Positions 62,677 through 64,000 of a stretch of 64,000 nucleotides of DNA are shown one piece after another (the stretch's first letter is position 1; each line of letters starts with the position of its first letter). The stretch lies in assembly GCA_030704615.1 (NCBI GenBank), contig CM060732.1, positions 19,096,001 through 19,160,000 on the forward strand, read 5' to 3'. Source of the stretch: Takakia lepidozioides (lineage: Eukaryota; Plantae; Bryophyta). Made by a program: the position numbers and the translations under genes. The notes under the pieces were generated by a model that saw only the letters and a program-made list of their open reading frames with translations, was not told the DNA's origin and searched no databases.

Positions 62677-64000
62677 GTCCCATGTCTTTCATTTCTTTAA
62701 TGTGGCAATAACCAAAACTCTCTTCTATAGTATCTCTCGTATATGCCTGGGTTTCTTTCAAGCTTCCATGCACCCTTGGCTATACTAGAAGTCTCCGTTA
62801 CCATATAACCATATGGCAAACAAGTCTGGAAAGCTGTTCTTGGTGTGAGTTTGATCCACAGAATATCCTTTGGAATCCAATTCTTTACCAGTACAAGCTC
62901 TTCATGCATATGAGTATAAACATTCACCTTACTTTCCTCCCAGCCTTCAAACTCTACTCGCTTAATGGATAGCAATGCTATCACATAAACCAGTGTTGGT
63001 AAACAACGTGCTCTTCCTCTACAGGCCACCTGATAAATCTTTATCATCCCTTTCTCCAGACCCCACTCAGGCTCAGCATCATGCACTCTCTTAAGAATGT
63101 TTTATTTACAACCGTCTGGCAATTCCAAGAACCTCTGAAAGGATTGTTTAGACAATCTTTCCTTCTCAGTTTCATAGGGAATTTGATTCACATCAAATTC
63201 TTTAATTCTCCAACCACCATGATCCCACCAGATGCCTGTCACATCTAGCTGTTCATGACCCAGTTCCCCAGTATGGTCGCGGACGGCTTTTACTCACCCA
63301 TCCCTTCGCTATCCGAGGTGGAAACTCCAAGATAGAAGAGTTGGATATCTCTAAGCACTCAGCCTGCCCAGAACAATCAGTCATGACCTGCAGCTAGTGA
63401 ATCATGGTTGTGCTTCCTATTTGTATTCCTTCTTGCCTTCATGTTATCAATTTACCCTTCCGTGTATACTGAAGCATCAGATTGCTTCAGTATCTACTAA
63501 GTTCCACTTAATCATGCATTCATTCCACAGTTTCACTCATGTCTCTCTACACAGTGTGATTGTATCGAATAAGTAGCAGATTGTGATTTATCAAGTATCA
63601 GGCCAATGCCATGGTGACTCTAATCTGCCCTACAGTATCACTACAGCTTTGCATGTACACGCATCTACTGTTCATCTCCCGTTCTTGCTCTCCGCCTGAT
63701 CTCCTCTCATGCATGACCAAGAACCCCTTCCCGTGAAGTGCCCCCTTCCTGTTGCCGCTCTCCTTAATCTATCCCCAAGCTGTTCTAACCACCTAACTAA
63801 CTAACCGTCACCCTGAAATAACACGTTTCCCCTGCAGATGTCATTCCCTGTCAATGATAACTGTTCCCCATATACTGTGACAGGCTGTGTCAATCTATGC
63901 CGAGCTGTGACTGGCTGTGTAAAGCTGTGTCAGGTTGTGACTGGCTGTGTCGGGCTGTGTCGGGCTGTGCAAAGCTGTGGCGGCTGTGACTGGCTGTGAC

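Larger units (their letters stand above)
51787..64000 (-). mobile_element. Large non-chromovirus Ty3/gypsy element with extra ORF(s); 5' LTR runs out of window
   Basis: 3' LTR ~51787-52011 (minus strand starts TGTTAGAG) next to PPT 52012-52029. The same GCTGTG decamer array recurs at 63876-64000 (51787 aligns to 63936). gag-PR-RT-RH-INT order. Confidence 0.92.

Noticed and set aside
63600-63880. PBS for the large gypsy element
   Set aside because: Candidates (minus-strand TGGGGAACAG, TGGCATTGGC) match no tRNA 3' end I can confirm, so the 5' LTR inner boundary is uncertain.

Overview
Eukaryotic land-plant nuclear DNA with spliceosomal GT-AG introns, PLS-class PPR motifs, RIN4 and plant transposons. 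The TE and gene types suggest a non-seed plant, probably a bryophyte (inference only). Roughly half the window is transposon-derived: the 3' part of a CACTA element (1-4739) that has captured a B3-domain fragment, an inverted second CACTA transposase fragment (35.5-36.7 kb), a Ty1/copia pol remnant hit twice by a restriction-like-endonuclease (RLE) LINE family, a bounded but internally deleted chromovirus (21810-26407, TSD CAGGA), and a large minus-strand non-chromovirus Ty3/gypsy element (51787-64000+). Host genes are an intact 4-exon GT61 glycosyltransferase, an intact 4-exon RIN4/NOI gene, a small transmembrane protein, a GALT-like/ADP-glucose phosphorylase with clustered frameshifts, a CYP85-clan P450 pseudogene and a scrambled PPR pseudogene. 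Three observations stand out. (1) The PPR locus is interleaved with OSB-type PDF ssDNA-binding motifs (WWDNR..K / PDYRHK.T.E.LW...P.WV). (2) The gypsy integrase has a zinc-knuckle tail and continues in the same frame into a ~1280-codon extra ORF. (3) An RLE-type LINE with a (CT)n tail is present in a land plant. All domain calls are by eye from motifs; no searches were run.
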